This document shows, in pieces, positions 1 to 9,086 of a DNA stretch of 64,000 bases (positions are counted from its first letter, which is position 1; each line of letters begins with the position of its first letter). Source of the DNA: Candidatus Latescibacterota bacterium (GTDB taxonomy: Bacteria; Latescibacterota; UBA2968). A program made the position numbers and the translations under genes. The notes below the pieces were generated by a model. That model saw nothing but the letters and a program-made list of their open reading frames with translations, was not told the DNA's origin and ran no database searches. The stretch lies in NCBI GenBank assembly GCA_965205975.1, contig OZ242195.1:3616001-3680000 (forward strand). Reading direction: 5' to 3'.

Positions 1-125
1 GATGCAAATTTCACGTGCGCTGCCCTTACGCACAGGACAAGTGCAAAACAGAAGAACCCCGGCTCATAGAAATCGAACCGGGGCATCGAGCGAGTTGTCA
101 CTTTGCCGGTGAACTCACATTTTAG
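1..125 (+). CDS. 3' end of oligopeptide/dipeptide ABC transporter ATP-binding subunit (partial)
   Basis: The frame from nt 3 reads CKFHVRCPYAQDKCKTEEPRLIEIEPGHRASCHFAGELTF*, the Cys-rich C-terminal tail typical of OppD/OppF-like ATPases. Not in the ORF track. Confidence 0.85.
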   Translation, partial: CKFHVRCPYAQDKCKTEEPRLIEIEPGHRASCHFAGELTF

Positions 126-133
126 GAAAAAAA

Positions 134-949
134 ATGTCTCTAACACAAGAACAACTCGACCGCTTTCGCTCCTCGGGTTACGCCATAGTCCCCGACATGT
201 TCACCTGTCGGGAAATACGCGCCATGCGCGCTGAACTCGACCGCTTCAAACGCGAGGGCCTCCTCCGCAATGTCGCCACCGACGGGGATGGGCAGACCCA
301 TTCACAAACGCAAATCAACCTGCAAATTTGTCCCATCACCCCAAAAAGCGCGTTTTATCGCGCCCTGCACTTTCACCCCAAAGTCCTCGCGCTTGTCGAG
401 CAACTCATCGGCTCTCCCTTTGTGTTCTACCTCGACCAGATCTTTCTCAAACCCGGCAAACAGGGCATAGGCACGGACTGGCACCAAGACAACGCGTATT
501 TCAAAATCAGCGACCCCGCCAAAGGCGTTGGCATGTGGGTTGCCCTTCACGACGCCAACATCGCCAACGGCACCCTGCACATCGTACCCGGCAGCCACCG
601 CGAAATCTACGACCATGGTCGGGACCCCAACAGCGATCATCACATCCACTGCACAGTACCCGAAGAAAGAGCCATCCCCATCGAATTCCCAGCCGGGGGT
701 GCAGTCTTCTTCAACTTTGGCATTGCACATCGCACACTTGCAAATACCACAAACAGAGAACGCGCGGGCCTTGCCCTGCACTTTTTGAATACGGCCTATA
801 TTCCCAAAACCGTCAAAGCGACCCGACGCTATACCCACCTCACAGGTTCCCTTGCCACAGGTGGGGAAAAAGAATACGGCCTTTGCGTTGCCAACACCTG
901 GTCCAATGAAGTGGATCGCTTACTCATTCCTGCGCCCTTGCCCTCATAA
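134..949 (+). CDS. Phytanoyl-CoA dioxygenase (PhyH) family Fe(II)/2OG dioxygenase
   Basis: WHQD iron motif, WVALHDA..NG.L..VPGSH, distal H-R. Confidence 0.9.
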   Translation: MSLTQEQLDRFRSSGYAIVPDMFTCREIRAMRAELDRFKREGLLRNVATDGDGQTHSQTQINLQICPITPKSAFYRALHFHPKVLALVEQLIGSPFVFYLDQIFLKPGKQGIGTDWHQDNAYFKISDPAKGVGMWVALHDANIANGTLHIVPGSHREIYDHGRDPNSDHHIHCTVPEERAIPIEFPAGGAVFFNFGIAHRTLANTTNRERAGLALHFLNTAYIPKTVKATRRYTHLTGSLATGGEKEYGLCVANTWSNEVDRLLIPAPLPS

Positions 950-1211
950 CCCGCTTCACCTTGTAAACCTCGCGCCAAAGTACCCGGACCTTACCCTGTC
1001 TCTCCGTCGTCACCACAATCTCCTCTTCATCCGCCCGCAACAAAATCCCCTGAAATGCCATGCCCTCTCTGGTCTCTATCAACACAGAATCTCCCACCGA
1101 GACTTGCTCTGGGGAATGCACCACCTCGTAATAATTATAAGAAGAGGGCGATGTGGTCTCGCATCCACAAATCCACAGACCCAAAATAGCAACGATTAGC
1201 AGCCTGTTCAT
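924..1211 (-). CDS. Small hypothetical lipoprotein
   Basis: ATG at 1211 gives MNRLLIVAILGLWICGC (signal peptide with lipobox-like Cys), followed by a small beta-rich domain. Confidence 0.65.
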   Translation of the reverse strand: MNRLLIVAILGLWICGCETTSPSSYNYYEVVHSPEQVSVGDSVLIETREGMAFQGILLRADEEEIVVTTERQGKVRVLWREVYKVKRVMRARAQE

Positions 1212-1219
1212 AATATGCC

Positions 1220-2098
1220 TCACAGCGGTTCTGCTGAAAAAACTCGCCACTGATCCACTGGTCGAAATTTCTGCTTGAACTGACGCAAACCCGATAAACC
1301 CAAATCCCCAGCGTCATTCACACGGTGATAAGCCGATAGCTCGCCATAAACCCGCCACCGTAAAAAATACGATAAATCGGGCAAATCGGGATTGGTCTTC
1401 GCAACAAAAAAATGCGCCAAATTGGGGTGCATATCTCCCGCCAGAGCAAAAGCCTCAATCCGCCTTGCCACCTCCACGCACCACCCCCACAACACATCTT
1501 CTGACCAAAAATGAAACTGATCAAGCGCTGCCCGCGTATATCCCCAGTCCAACAAAAAAGGATGCCGACGCCCCTGACGACGACGCCAATGCTTCAACAG
1601 CGCAAAACAATCCGGCACATCCCACACAGTCAAAGCGCGAAAACGGAACGCGTAGGCGCGCTCAAACCGCCGCACTCGCTTGCGCACATCCCTGAAACAT
1701 CGTCCTCTCGCCGCAGCAATTTGCGATGGATCGTAAACGTATTCCGCGTCTTTATCGCGCAGCGCAAACTGTTCGGTATCTACATATTTGGCATCACAGG
1801 CATCTAACCACAAAATTCTCGGCAGACGACCACCCTGATGAGATGCGAGCTTATCGACAACCCTCTTTAGCGTATCAGCATCACAGGGAACAGGTGGCAC
1901 CAGCAAGTCAACGCCTTCTGGACGCTGTATAAACAGACACGTACTCCCCGCAATTTCATCCGCACACACAATCCGATTGGGTGCGAGACTAAAAGCACAG
2001 AGAAAGGGCGGAAAATAACACCAGGCTCGTTTGTTTGCTCGCAAAAACACATCGCGCAAATACTCGCCGTGTGTGGGATCAATGGGATGCCCGATCAC
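1220..2098 (-). CDS. DUF2156 / phosphatidylglycerol lysyltransferase C-terminal-like (GNAT-fold) protein
   Basis: EYVYD, R..VRRF, and C-terminal VNDAGDLGLSGLRQFKQKFRP match the stand-alone DUF2156 signature (N...DLG..GLR..K...P). Confidence 0.75.
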   Translation of the reverse strand: MIGHPIDPTHGEYLRDVFLRANKRAWCYFPPFLCAFSLAPNRIVCADEIAGSTCLFIQRPEGVDLLVPPVPCDADTLKRVVDKLASHQGGRLPRILWLDACDAKYVDTEQFALRDKDAEYVYDPSQIAAARGRCFRDVRKRVRRFERAYAFRFRALTVWDVPDCFALLKHWRRRQGRRHPFLLDWGYTRAALDQFHFWSEDVLWGWCVEVARRIEAFALAGDMHPNLAHFFVAKTNPDLPDLSYFLRWRVYGELSAYHRVNDAGDLGLSGLRQFKQKFRPVDQWRVFSAEPL

Positions 2099-3092
2099 CT
2101 TGCCGCCGCCTTTTGAGATCAGCTGTGTACAGTGCCCCGTGATATTTGCCAGTTACAAGAGGCTGTGGCTTCCCTGTAGAAATAAGACGAATCATCTGAC
2201 TAACCCCACCCAATACCTGGGCACCGACATATTCATTAAACTCTGGTACTATTTCCACAGGCGCAAAGCCCATCTCGATCAACAAGCCAATCGCCCGCGC
2301 TGTCTCATCTGGTGAACGACGGCCAAAACTGACAAATCCCTGCTTACCCACCTCGGGCACCAGCGCAGAAGCACCCCGTGAAACAAATAACGACAAACCG
2401 GGCAACGTATAGGGTGGATCGGTAAAAAACACATCCATTTGCCCGCACAGATCAGCCGGAATATCCTCGCGCAAATCGCGTGCGACCACAGTAATAGCCA
2501 ACCCCTCGCGTTCACTGATCACACCGAGAAAATCAACGAGCCGTCCATCGCACTCCAGCACCACCACCTGCCCGAGCACAATCTCCAAATGCTGTGCCAA
2601 CAATCCCACCGCCACCGACGTCAGATCGTCGTCACCCAGAACGAGTAAATTTCGCCCTTCGAGTGCATCGTGTTCGTACAAATACACCGCGCGCCTTAAA
2701 ACAGTCTCAGGCGTTGCATGGGACTGATCCAGTCTGACATCGACCTCTGGCCGCCTCTCAGCAATATCTGCAAGGCGTTTGCACACATCTTTCAAAACCA
2801 CAGGAATGGGGGGCACGCCCGGGCGCGCAAAGCGTTTGCGGCACGAAAGCCCCAACTCCGACTGCACAACACCCAGGCCCTTACTCGTGAGCGAAATCCC
2901 ACCTTTTCGCGTCAAAATACCTCTTTTTTCCAATTCCCCTCGCACAGCGGCAACCACAGGAACGGGCAAGCCCGCCTCCTGGGCGACATTGCGAATGGGA
3001 ATCTGCTCAGACATAAAAACCGTTCGCAGAATGCGACGCACGCCCTCGGCACCTTCGGCCAGCCGCGCCTGGGTTGCCACCTCGCGCAGCAA
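2079..3092 (-). CDS. bpsA: N4-bis(aminopropyl)spermidine synthase-like aminopropyltransferase (BpsA/DUF43 family) with N-terminal HTH
   Basis: DQSHATPET, LLVLGDDDLTS, FFTDPPYT and FNEY motifs characteristic of BpsA. Confidence 0.75.
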   Translation of the reverse strand: MLREVATQARLAEGAEGVRRILRTVFMSEQIPIRNVAQEAGLPVPVVAAVRGELEKRGILTRKGGISLTSKGLGVVQSELGLSCRKRFARPGVPPIPVVLKDVCKRLADIAERRPEVDVRLDQSHATPETVLRRAVYLYEHDALEGRNLLVLGDDDLTSVAVGLLAQHLEIVLGQVVVLECDGRLVDFLGVISEREGLAITVVARDLREDIPADLCGQMDVFFTDPPYTLPGLSLFVSRGASALVPEVGKQGFVSFGRRSPDETARAIGLLIEMGFAPVEIVPEFNEYVGAQVLGGVSQMIRLISTGKPQPLVTGKYHGALYTADLKRRRQGDRASH

Positions 3093-3111
3093 GTCAACGG
3101 AGAAACTTGAC

Positions 3112-4200
3112 CTATGCCGTTTCGGAATCAGTGTTATCGTCAGCCTCCTCGCTCACAACCCCGAGATCATCGTCCCGAGCAAGCAAATTTTCATCATCCT
3201 TGCGATGTCTTAAAACCACATACATCAAACTCAGCCCCGACGCATAAGTCGCCTGAACATAAGCAACCACAATCCCCGTAATCACAATGAGCATCACCCC
3301 GAGAATACCACCACCCCAGACCTCTGCTCCCGACGGTGTCCCCGGCACGGGCAAACTCGCAAACAAATCATCCCATTTCTCCGGGACAAACAAGAGATAG
3401 TGCGATGCCACATAAAAAAGATTGGCCAGTTTAACATCCATAAACCAACCACATACCCAGGCAATCAGACCAATCGCAGCCATGGTCAAAGCTCCCAGCA
3501 GCATCAAACCAACCCAAACTGCAAAAATCATCCACACCGCATACAAAACCAATCGCCAGGGCTGTGACCACGTCAGTGAAAACGACTGTATCACAACATC
3601 TAAAATATCATACCCCTCAGTGCCCACAATAGCTGGCGACATAATCACAGCAACAACAAATACCAGACTGACAAACACAGCCAACAATGCCGCAAAAAAA
3701 ATGGGAATAAAACACAGCGCGAAAACGACTTCACCCACCACTGGGATCCAGCCGGCAACCCACCCAATCGCAATACCGCCAATCACAAAAAGAGCAAACA
3801 GAGCGAGCACCGCAACAGGACCAAACAGCACGGTTTTCCAGCGTAATCTCGCAAATCGCAAAGCATCGCCAACCGAATAAAACTCATCGCCCCGCAGTTG
3901 CTGAAAAGTGATCTTGCACATCATACTGGTCGTTACAAACGCCACCGCAAGGGCAAACACCATACCCAAAATGTGCAATCCCGTACCAAACAGATCAAAT
4001 TCACCAAGCGTTGCGCCGGGGAATAAACCATATCGCTGCCACAGACCCGCACCACCCGCGCGAACATGCGCGATAAGCAACAAAACCGAATACCCCACCC
4101 AGGCCACAATTAGTCCCAACAGCCCAACCCAAATTTTTTTCCCAGACCAACCCAGCCGCACACACCGAAAAATATCTCGAATATCAAAATGCAGATTCAT
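3112..4200 (-). CDS. Hypothetical integral membrane protein
   Basis: 362-aa ORF with many hydrophobic segments and an acidic tail; GGAG RBS upstream. Confidence 0.75.
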   Translation of the reverse strand: MNLHFDIRDIFRCVRLGWSGKKIWVGLLGLIVAWVGYSVLLLIAHVRAGGAGLWQRYGLFPGATLGEFDLFGTGLHILGMVFALAVAFVTTSMMCKITFQQLRGDEFYSVGDALRFARLRWKTVLFGPVAVLALFALFVIGGIAIGWVAGWIPVVGEVVFALCFIPIFFAALLAVFVSLVFVVAVIMSPAIVGTEGYDILDVVIQSFSLTWSQPWRLVLYAVWMIFAVWVGLMLLGALTMAAIGLIAWVCGWFMDVKLANLFYVASHYLLFVPEKWDDLFASLPVPGTPSGAEVWGGGILGVMLIVITGIVVAYVQATYASGLSLMYVVLRHRKDDENLLARDDDLGVVSEEADDNTDSETA

Positions 4201-4208
4201 ATTACTCC

Positions 4209-4775
4209 TTACTGTTCAGATGGTTCTTCCCGCTCATTCAAATTGAGCACCTCTCGAACTGCAGTCAAAAAATCGCCCAATTCCATGTGTGATGTTTGCA
4301 CTTGCGCGGGTTTGCTGCGCACACCCGGAGGCAGAGGTACATGCCTGAGCATGACCTGACGATTTCCACCTTCGCCCACCTGTACGGCATAACAACCCTG
4401 TCCCAACCCCACCGGCCACGGCGATCCAAAACCATCTCGCTTCGAAAGAAACAACACTGTCTCTTGTCCTGCCACAAACTGCGGCATACCTGGCACCTGC
4501 ATGCGTCGCCCTTCCCATTTACCACCGGGTAAAGTCAGCACCATTTCTGAATCAGCCTGCCCTTTGACCACCTCCATGACTCTGAACCGCGTTTGCGTAA
4601 AAATACCTTCTCGATCAGCAAAAACTGCATTCTCGCGCGTGAGACATTTGACATAGACAATAGTCTGTGCGGTTTCGCACATCTCTTCAAAGACAAACGT
4701 CTTCACAGTTGTTGCCCAGGCGGGTGTCCACCCCATAGACATCAACATCAGACCAGCAAACAATCGTTTATTCAT
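4209..4775 (-). CDS. Hypothetical secreted protein
   Basis: ATG at 4775 after AGGAG; signal peptide MNKRLFAGLMLMSMGWTPAWA; PGG..PG.P.F..G...VLFL motif. Confidence 0.7.
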   Translation of the reverse strand: MNKRLFAGLMLMSMGWTPAWATTVKTFVFEEMCETAQTIVYVKCLTRENAVFADREGIFTQTRFRVMEVVKGQADSEMVLTLPGGKWEGRRMQVPGMPQFVAGQETVLFLSKRDGFGSPWPVGLGQGCYAVQVGEGGNRQVMLRHVPLPPGVRSKPAQVQTSHMELGDFLTAVREVLNLNEREEPSEQ

Positions 4776-4867
4776 TCTCCTACCTCCTGAAAAAACAGCC
4801 GCCAGTAAACATTTCAAATATCATCTTCTTATACATCTCAACGGGCAAACAGTTGCAGGATGAACTG

Positions 4868-4968
4868 CGAATCAACGAATCAACGAATCAACGAATCAAC
4901 GAACCCCGCCCATCCTCCCAAAATCAGTATGTACTGCCATTCGTCTATTCGTCTATTCGTCTATTCGT
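4868..4968. repeat. Two opposed octamer tandem repeats
   Basis: (CGAATCAA)x4.5 at 4868-4903 and (ATTCGTCT)x3.75 at 4939-4968; the second overlaps the cca stop codon. Confidence 0.9.
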
Positions 4969-6278
4969 TCAAACACCTGCGCTGCCAATCTCAACGCCTC
5001 ATCGCGTCGCGTCACACGCCCTTCTAACTGGGCATCTTCAACAACCCGCAACACCTGCTTAAACGCGGGACCTGGTTTTTGTCCCATCGCAATCAAATCG
5101 CGTCCATTAATCAGCGGAACGGGACGAATTTGTTCTGGCTCCAGATTCTCCAGCGCAGCCTTACAAAACGCATAATTGTCCAACTCGCCGTGGCTCGACA
5201 AACAATCGATCCGGTGCAATGCTAGGTGATCTTCAAACCCATCCGTACGCAAAAACCGCTTCAACGTACTCGATCGCATCTCCTGTACATGCATAAATTT
5301 GTGGTGATCTGCCACCAATGCCACAATATGCTTTGTCTGTTCCGACGAGAAACGCAACCTTCTGCAAATCTCCTCGGTCATCTCGCGCCCAACCTTTGTA
5401 TGATTGTGAAACCGAATGCGATCTCGCACCTGAAAGGTAGGAGGCTTACCCACATCGTGCAACAAAACGCCCATCGCCAATTCTACAGAGGGATTGCGCA
5501 TCAAACCCAACATAATCAGCGTATGGGTCAGCACATCGCCTTCGGGATGAAACTGAGGCGGTTGGGGCACGCCATCCATCGCAACAACTTCGGGCATAAA
5601 AACCGCCATCAACCCCAGATCAATCAGCCAGCGCACCCCCAAAGGCGCGCACCCCTCGGTCAAAATTTTGCCAACTTCATCGCGAATGCGCTCGTGACTT
5701 ATAAACGCAATACTCGCGCTCAGTTCTCCAATAGCCTCTCGCGTCTTCTCCTCAATGGGCCAGTGATACCGACACGCAAAACGAACCGCGCGCAACATAC
5801 GCAATCGATCTTCACTGAATCGAGCATGCGGATCGCCAATCGTGCGAATCACCTTCTTTTTTAAATCCGCCTGCCCACCCACATAGTCAAACACGGCATC
5901 GGCCACCGGATCGTAAAACATCCCATTAATGGTAAAATCGCGCCTCCTCGCATCCTCTTCTTCATCCACAAACACCACACCATCGGGATGCCGACCATCG
6001 GAATACCCCAGATCCCGGCGAAAACGCGCCACCTCATAATGATAATCATCCAAACGCACAATCACCACTCCAAAATGCGCCCCAACCACCTGTGCATGCG
6101 GAAAAATGCCGATCACCTGTTGGAGATCGGCATTTGTGGCAATATCGTAATCGCGAGGCACCTGCCCCATCAACATGTCGCGCACGCATCCACCAGCCCA
6201 CAAAGCGCGAAAACCCCGCGCCTGCAAACGACGCACAACTTCCAGCGCACCCGTGCGTGCATCCTGATCATTCGTCAC
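4953..6278 (-). CDS. cca: CCA tRNA nucleotidyltransferase with HD domain
   Basis: GGCVRD..DYD, RRDFTIN, EDRLRMLRA, ERIRDE, HPEGDV..H and LLHDVGKP. Confidence 0.9.
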   Translation of the reverse strand: MTNDQDARTGALEVVRRLQARGFRALWAGGCVRDMLMGQVPRDYDIATNADLQQVIGIFPHAQVVGAHFGVVIVRLDDYHYEVARFRRDLGYSDGRHPDGVVFVDEEEDARRRDFTINGMFYDPVADAVFDYVGGQADLKKKVIRTIGDPHARFSEDRLRMLRAVRFACRYHWPIEEKTREAIGELSASIAFISHERIRDEVGKILTEGCAPLGVRWLIDLGLMAVFMPEVVAMDGVPQPPQFHPEGDVLTHTLIMLGLMRNPSVELAMGVLLHDVGKPPTFQVRDRIRFHNHTKVGREMTEEICRRLRFSSEQTKHIVALVADHHKFMHVQEMRSSTLKRFLRTDGFEDHLALHRIDCLSSHGELDNYAFCKAALENLEPEQIRPVPLINGRDLIAMGQKPGPAFKQVLRVVEDAQLEGRVTRRDEALRLAAQVFERIDE

Positions 6279-6298
6279 ATCAAATCACCTCTTTACCA

Positions 6299-7588
6299 TT
6301 ACTCCTCCACGGTCACCCGCTGAATACGCGCACCCAAACTGCGCAAGCGCGAATCAATTTGTTCGTATCCGCGATCAATCTGTTCGATATTTCTAATCAC
6401 ACTTTGACCCTCGGCACACAAAGCCGCAATAATCAGCGCCATACCCGCCCGAATATCTGGGCTCGACAAATGCTCGCCATAAAGTTTTGACGGGCCCACC
6501 ACCACCGCGCGGTGCGGGTCACAAATAACAATCTTCGCGCCCATATCGATGAGACGGTCCAACCAGTACATACGCTGCTCAAACATCTTTTCAAAAAACA
6601 GCACCGTACCCCGTGCCTGCGTCGCCAACACAATCGCAATACTCATCAAATCGGGCGGAAAACCCGGCCACGGATCATTGTCAATGCGCGGAATCGCATC
6701 ACCCACATCCGGCATAATCTCCAGCTTTTGAAAAGGCGGCACCACAATATCCTGTCCATCGACCTCAACATCCAGCCCCAATCGCCGAAACACCATCAAA
6801 CTCTTGCGCATATTTTTGGGCGCAGCATTGACAATGCGAATCTCGCTATTGGTCGCCCCGGCCAACCCAATAAAACTGCCGACCTCCATATAATCTGGAC
6901 CGATTGTATGCGTCGTTCCACTGAGATTTAACACGCCATCAATAACCAGTTCATTGGTCCCAATACCTGAAATTTGAGCACCCATCCTGTTCAGCATCAA
7001 ACACAATTCCTGTACATGAGGCTCTGAAGCCACATTGCTCAAAATAGTCCTACCCCGCGCAAGAACCGCTGCCATCACGGCATTTTCTGTGCCAGTTACA
7101 CTGCGTTCATCTAAAAAAATGTCCGCCCCTACAAGTCCTATGGGCGCCTTAAAATCATAAATGTGATTGGTATGGATCCGCCCACCGAGTTCTTCGAGCG
7201 CAATCAAATGTGTATCAACCCGCCGCCGACCAATGCGGTCGCCCCCAGGTCGCGGAATCGTCGCCTGCCCAAAACGCCCCAACAACGGACCCGCAAACAT
7301 AAAACTACCGCGCACTTTTCGGCACAAATCCTCCCGCAACACAGATTTGTGGACATCCCGTGTGCAAATAGTCAGCTCGTGATCACCTGAGTAGCGAACC
7401 TCTGCCCCCAGATCGCGCAAAATTTCGACAATAACAGCGATATCACCAATATCGGGCACATTTTTCAGCACCACGGGTTCGTCTGTCAACAAAGTCGCCG
7501 CCAAAAGAGGTTGGGCCGCATTCTTATTCCCAGCCGGAACAACAGTTCCAGATAGAGCATGTCCACCTTCGATAACAAATTGTTCCAT
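6299..7588 (-). CDS. murA: UDP-N-acetylglucosamine 1-carboxyvinyltransferase
   Basis: GNKNAA, PGGD.IG.R.VD.H, SVTGTEN, EPHV, PGFP.D, DIRAG, IDRGYE; ATG 7588 has GGAG upstream. Confidence 0.95.
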   Translation of the reverse strand: MEQFVIEGGHALSGTVVPAGNKNAAQPLLAATLLTDEPVVLKNVPDIGDIAVIVEILRDLGAEVRYSGDHELTICTRDVHKSVLREDLCRKVRGSFMFAGPLLGRFGQATIPRPGGDRIGRRRVDTHLIALEELGGRIHTNHIYDFKAPIGLVGADIFLDERSVTGTENAVMAAVLARGRTILSNVASEPHVQELCLMLNRMGAQISGIGTNELVIDGVLNLSGTTHTIGPDYMEVGSFIGLAGATNSEIRIVNAAPKNMRKSLMVFRRLGLDVEVDGQDIVVPPFQKLEIMPDVGDAIPRIDNDPWPGFPPDLMSIAIVLATQARGTVLFFEKMFEQRMYWLDRLIDMGAKIVICDPHRAVVVGPSKLYGEHLSSPDIRAGMALIIAALCAEGQSVIRNIEQIDRGYEQIDSRLRSLGARIQRVTVEE

Positions 7589-7649
7589 AAAAAACGTCTC
7601 CAATCAATCAAACGGAGGAGATAAAATAAATAGCTTCGTGGTCATGCTA

Positions 7650-7678
7650 ATCATAAACCAGATAGGGAAATATTTCAA
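7650..7678 (-). promoter_or_regulatory. Sigma70-type promoter for murA
   Basis: Minus strand TTGAAA-17 bp-TATGAT. Confidence 0.55.
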
Positions 7679-7702
7679 GAGTAAAAAGGCAGAATCAGCC
7701 CC

Positions 7703-8758
7703 TCACTTCACACCTCTCTCCATCTCCCAATACAATTGTCCACACCCAGCCTCAATATCATCTCCCTTGCTATAGCGAACAGTCGCCGTCAATTTTGCCT
7801 GAGACAAAATATCGACAAATCGATTAATTGCCTTCTGGGGGGGGCGTTCATAGTGCGCATCGTCAATGGGATTCCACGGAATCACATTAATTTTACATGG
7901 AATATCGCGCACGAGGGCAATCAGCCTGTGTGCATCTTCGGCTGTATCATTAAACCCGTGCAACAACACATATTCAAATGTCACCCATCGCCTGACCTGA
8001 TCGTAATAGGCTCGCACTGCGGACAAAAGTTCTGCAATAGGCCACTTGCGATTGATCGGCATAATCTCTGACCGCTGTTCATCTGTCGTCGCATTGAGCG
8101 ACACAGCCAATCCAATTTTGAGTTTTTCTCGCGCCAGCTTTGCAATACCCGGCACATGACCGACCGTTGACAACGTAATGCGACGTATGCCCACAGCCGC
8201 TCCATAATCCAGATTGATCAATCGAATAGCCCGAATCACCTGATCGAAATTTAGCAGGGGTTCTCCCATCCCCATCATCACCACATGCGTCAACTCATCG
8301 CCCTTCGCACGCAAAAACCGCTGTGCGTACAACACCTGCTCAACAATCTCTGCCGCCGTCAAATTGCGAATCAACCCCATGCGCGCGGTCGCACAGAACT
8401 GGCAATCGAGCGGACACCCCACCTGCGACGACACACACAGCGTTCGACGCTTGCCATCCCACATCAAAACACTTTCGATGAGCCGGTTATCGGGCAACTC
8501 AAACAAAAACTTAACCGTATCTGTTGAAGAAGAACTCAATTCACCAACGCGATTTAATTTCAAAAGCGTAAATCGCTCATCAAACCGTGCCCGCACGGTC
8601 TTGGACAAATTCGTCATCGACTCAAAATCCGTGACACCCTTATTATAAAGCCAGTCAATCAACTGCCGGGTTCTGTACCGCTCCAGGCCCATACCGGACA
8701 CATGCTGTGCCAATTCTTCGGGAAACAAACCTTTTAGTTCTATTTTTTTAGTATTCAT
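7703..8758 (-). CDS. rlmN: Dual-specificity rRNA/tRNA methyltransferase RlmN
   Basis: CVSSQVGCPLDCQFCAT radical-SAM motif, MGMGEP, terminal GCGQL. Confidence 0.95.
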   Translation of the reverse strand: MNTKKIELKGLFPEELAQHVSGMGLERYRTRQLIDWLYNKGVTDFESMTNLSKTVRARFDERFTLLKLNRVGELSSSSTDTVKFLFELPDNRLIESVLMWDGKRRTLCVSSQVGCPLDCQFCATARMGLIRNLTAAEIVEQVLYAQRFLRAKGDELTHVVMMGMGEPLLNFDQVIRAIRLINLDYGAAVGIRRITLSTVGHVPGIAKLAREKLKIGLAVSLNATTDEQRSEIMPINRKWPIAELLSAVRAYYDQVRRWVTFEYVLLHGFNDTAEDAHRLIALVRDIPCKINVIPWNPIDDAHYERPPQKAINRFVDILSQAKLTATVRYSKGDDIEAGCGQLYWEMERGVK

Positions 8759-8782
8759 TCAATAACCCCAATTTAGCGCAGC

Positions 8783-8879
8783 GGACAACCACAGAGTGTT
8801 ATCCCTACACAAATCAAAACATCATCGTAGGGGACGGTCCCCTGCTTAAGACCTGCAGGGGCAGGCCCCGTGCCGTCCC
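8783..8879. repeat. Inverted pair of GTAG-type REP-like palindromes, one carrying a nested 28-bp palindrome
   Basis: GGACAACC-ACAGAG-TGTTATCC-CTAC (8783-8808) and GTAG-GGGACGG...CCGTCCC (8827-8879) with an insert at 8839-8866. Confidence 0.75.
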
Positions 8880-8910
8880 AGTCTCCAGCCCTCGGTCCCA
8901 GCATCAATTC

Positions 8911-8939
8911 AATTTACCCAGCCTTGCACATCACGTCAA
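8911..8939 (-). promoter_or_regulatory. Sigma70-type promoter for rlmN
   Basis: Minus strand TTGACG-17 bp-TAAATT. Confidence 0.5.
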
Positions 8940-9001
8940 GGTCACAACACATGTATTACAACATATAGCAGACACAACTTTACGACCCCTATATAATGCG
9001 G

Positions 9002-9030
9002 TTGACGTATATAGCGAGATGGTTTATTGT
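9002..9030 (+). promoter_or_regulatory. Sigma70-type promoter for the M23 peptidase
   Basis: TTGACG-17 bp-TATTGT; it overlaps the ORF-track TTG start, so the real start is probably ATG 9087. Confidence 0.5.
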
Positions 9031-9086
9031 TGTGGCGCATATTCAGTCAGCAACAATTGAGAACGTTTACGAGGGTCCCTCCCCAC

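Noticed and set aside
51..90. Hairpin CCCCGG...CCGGGG upstream of the first PhyH as a riboswitch
   Set aside because: It lies within the coding 3' end of an ABC ATPase gene.
4853..5062. ORF with NESTNQRINE repeats
   Set aside because: It is a translation of the octamer repeat and runs antisense into cca.
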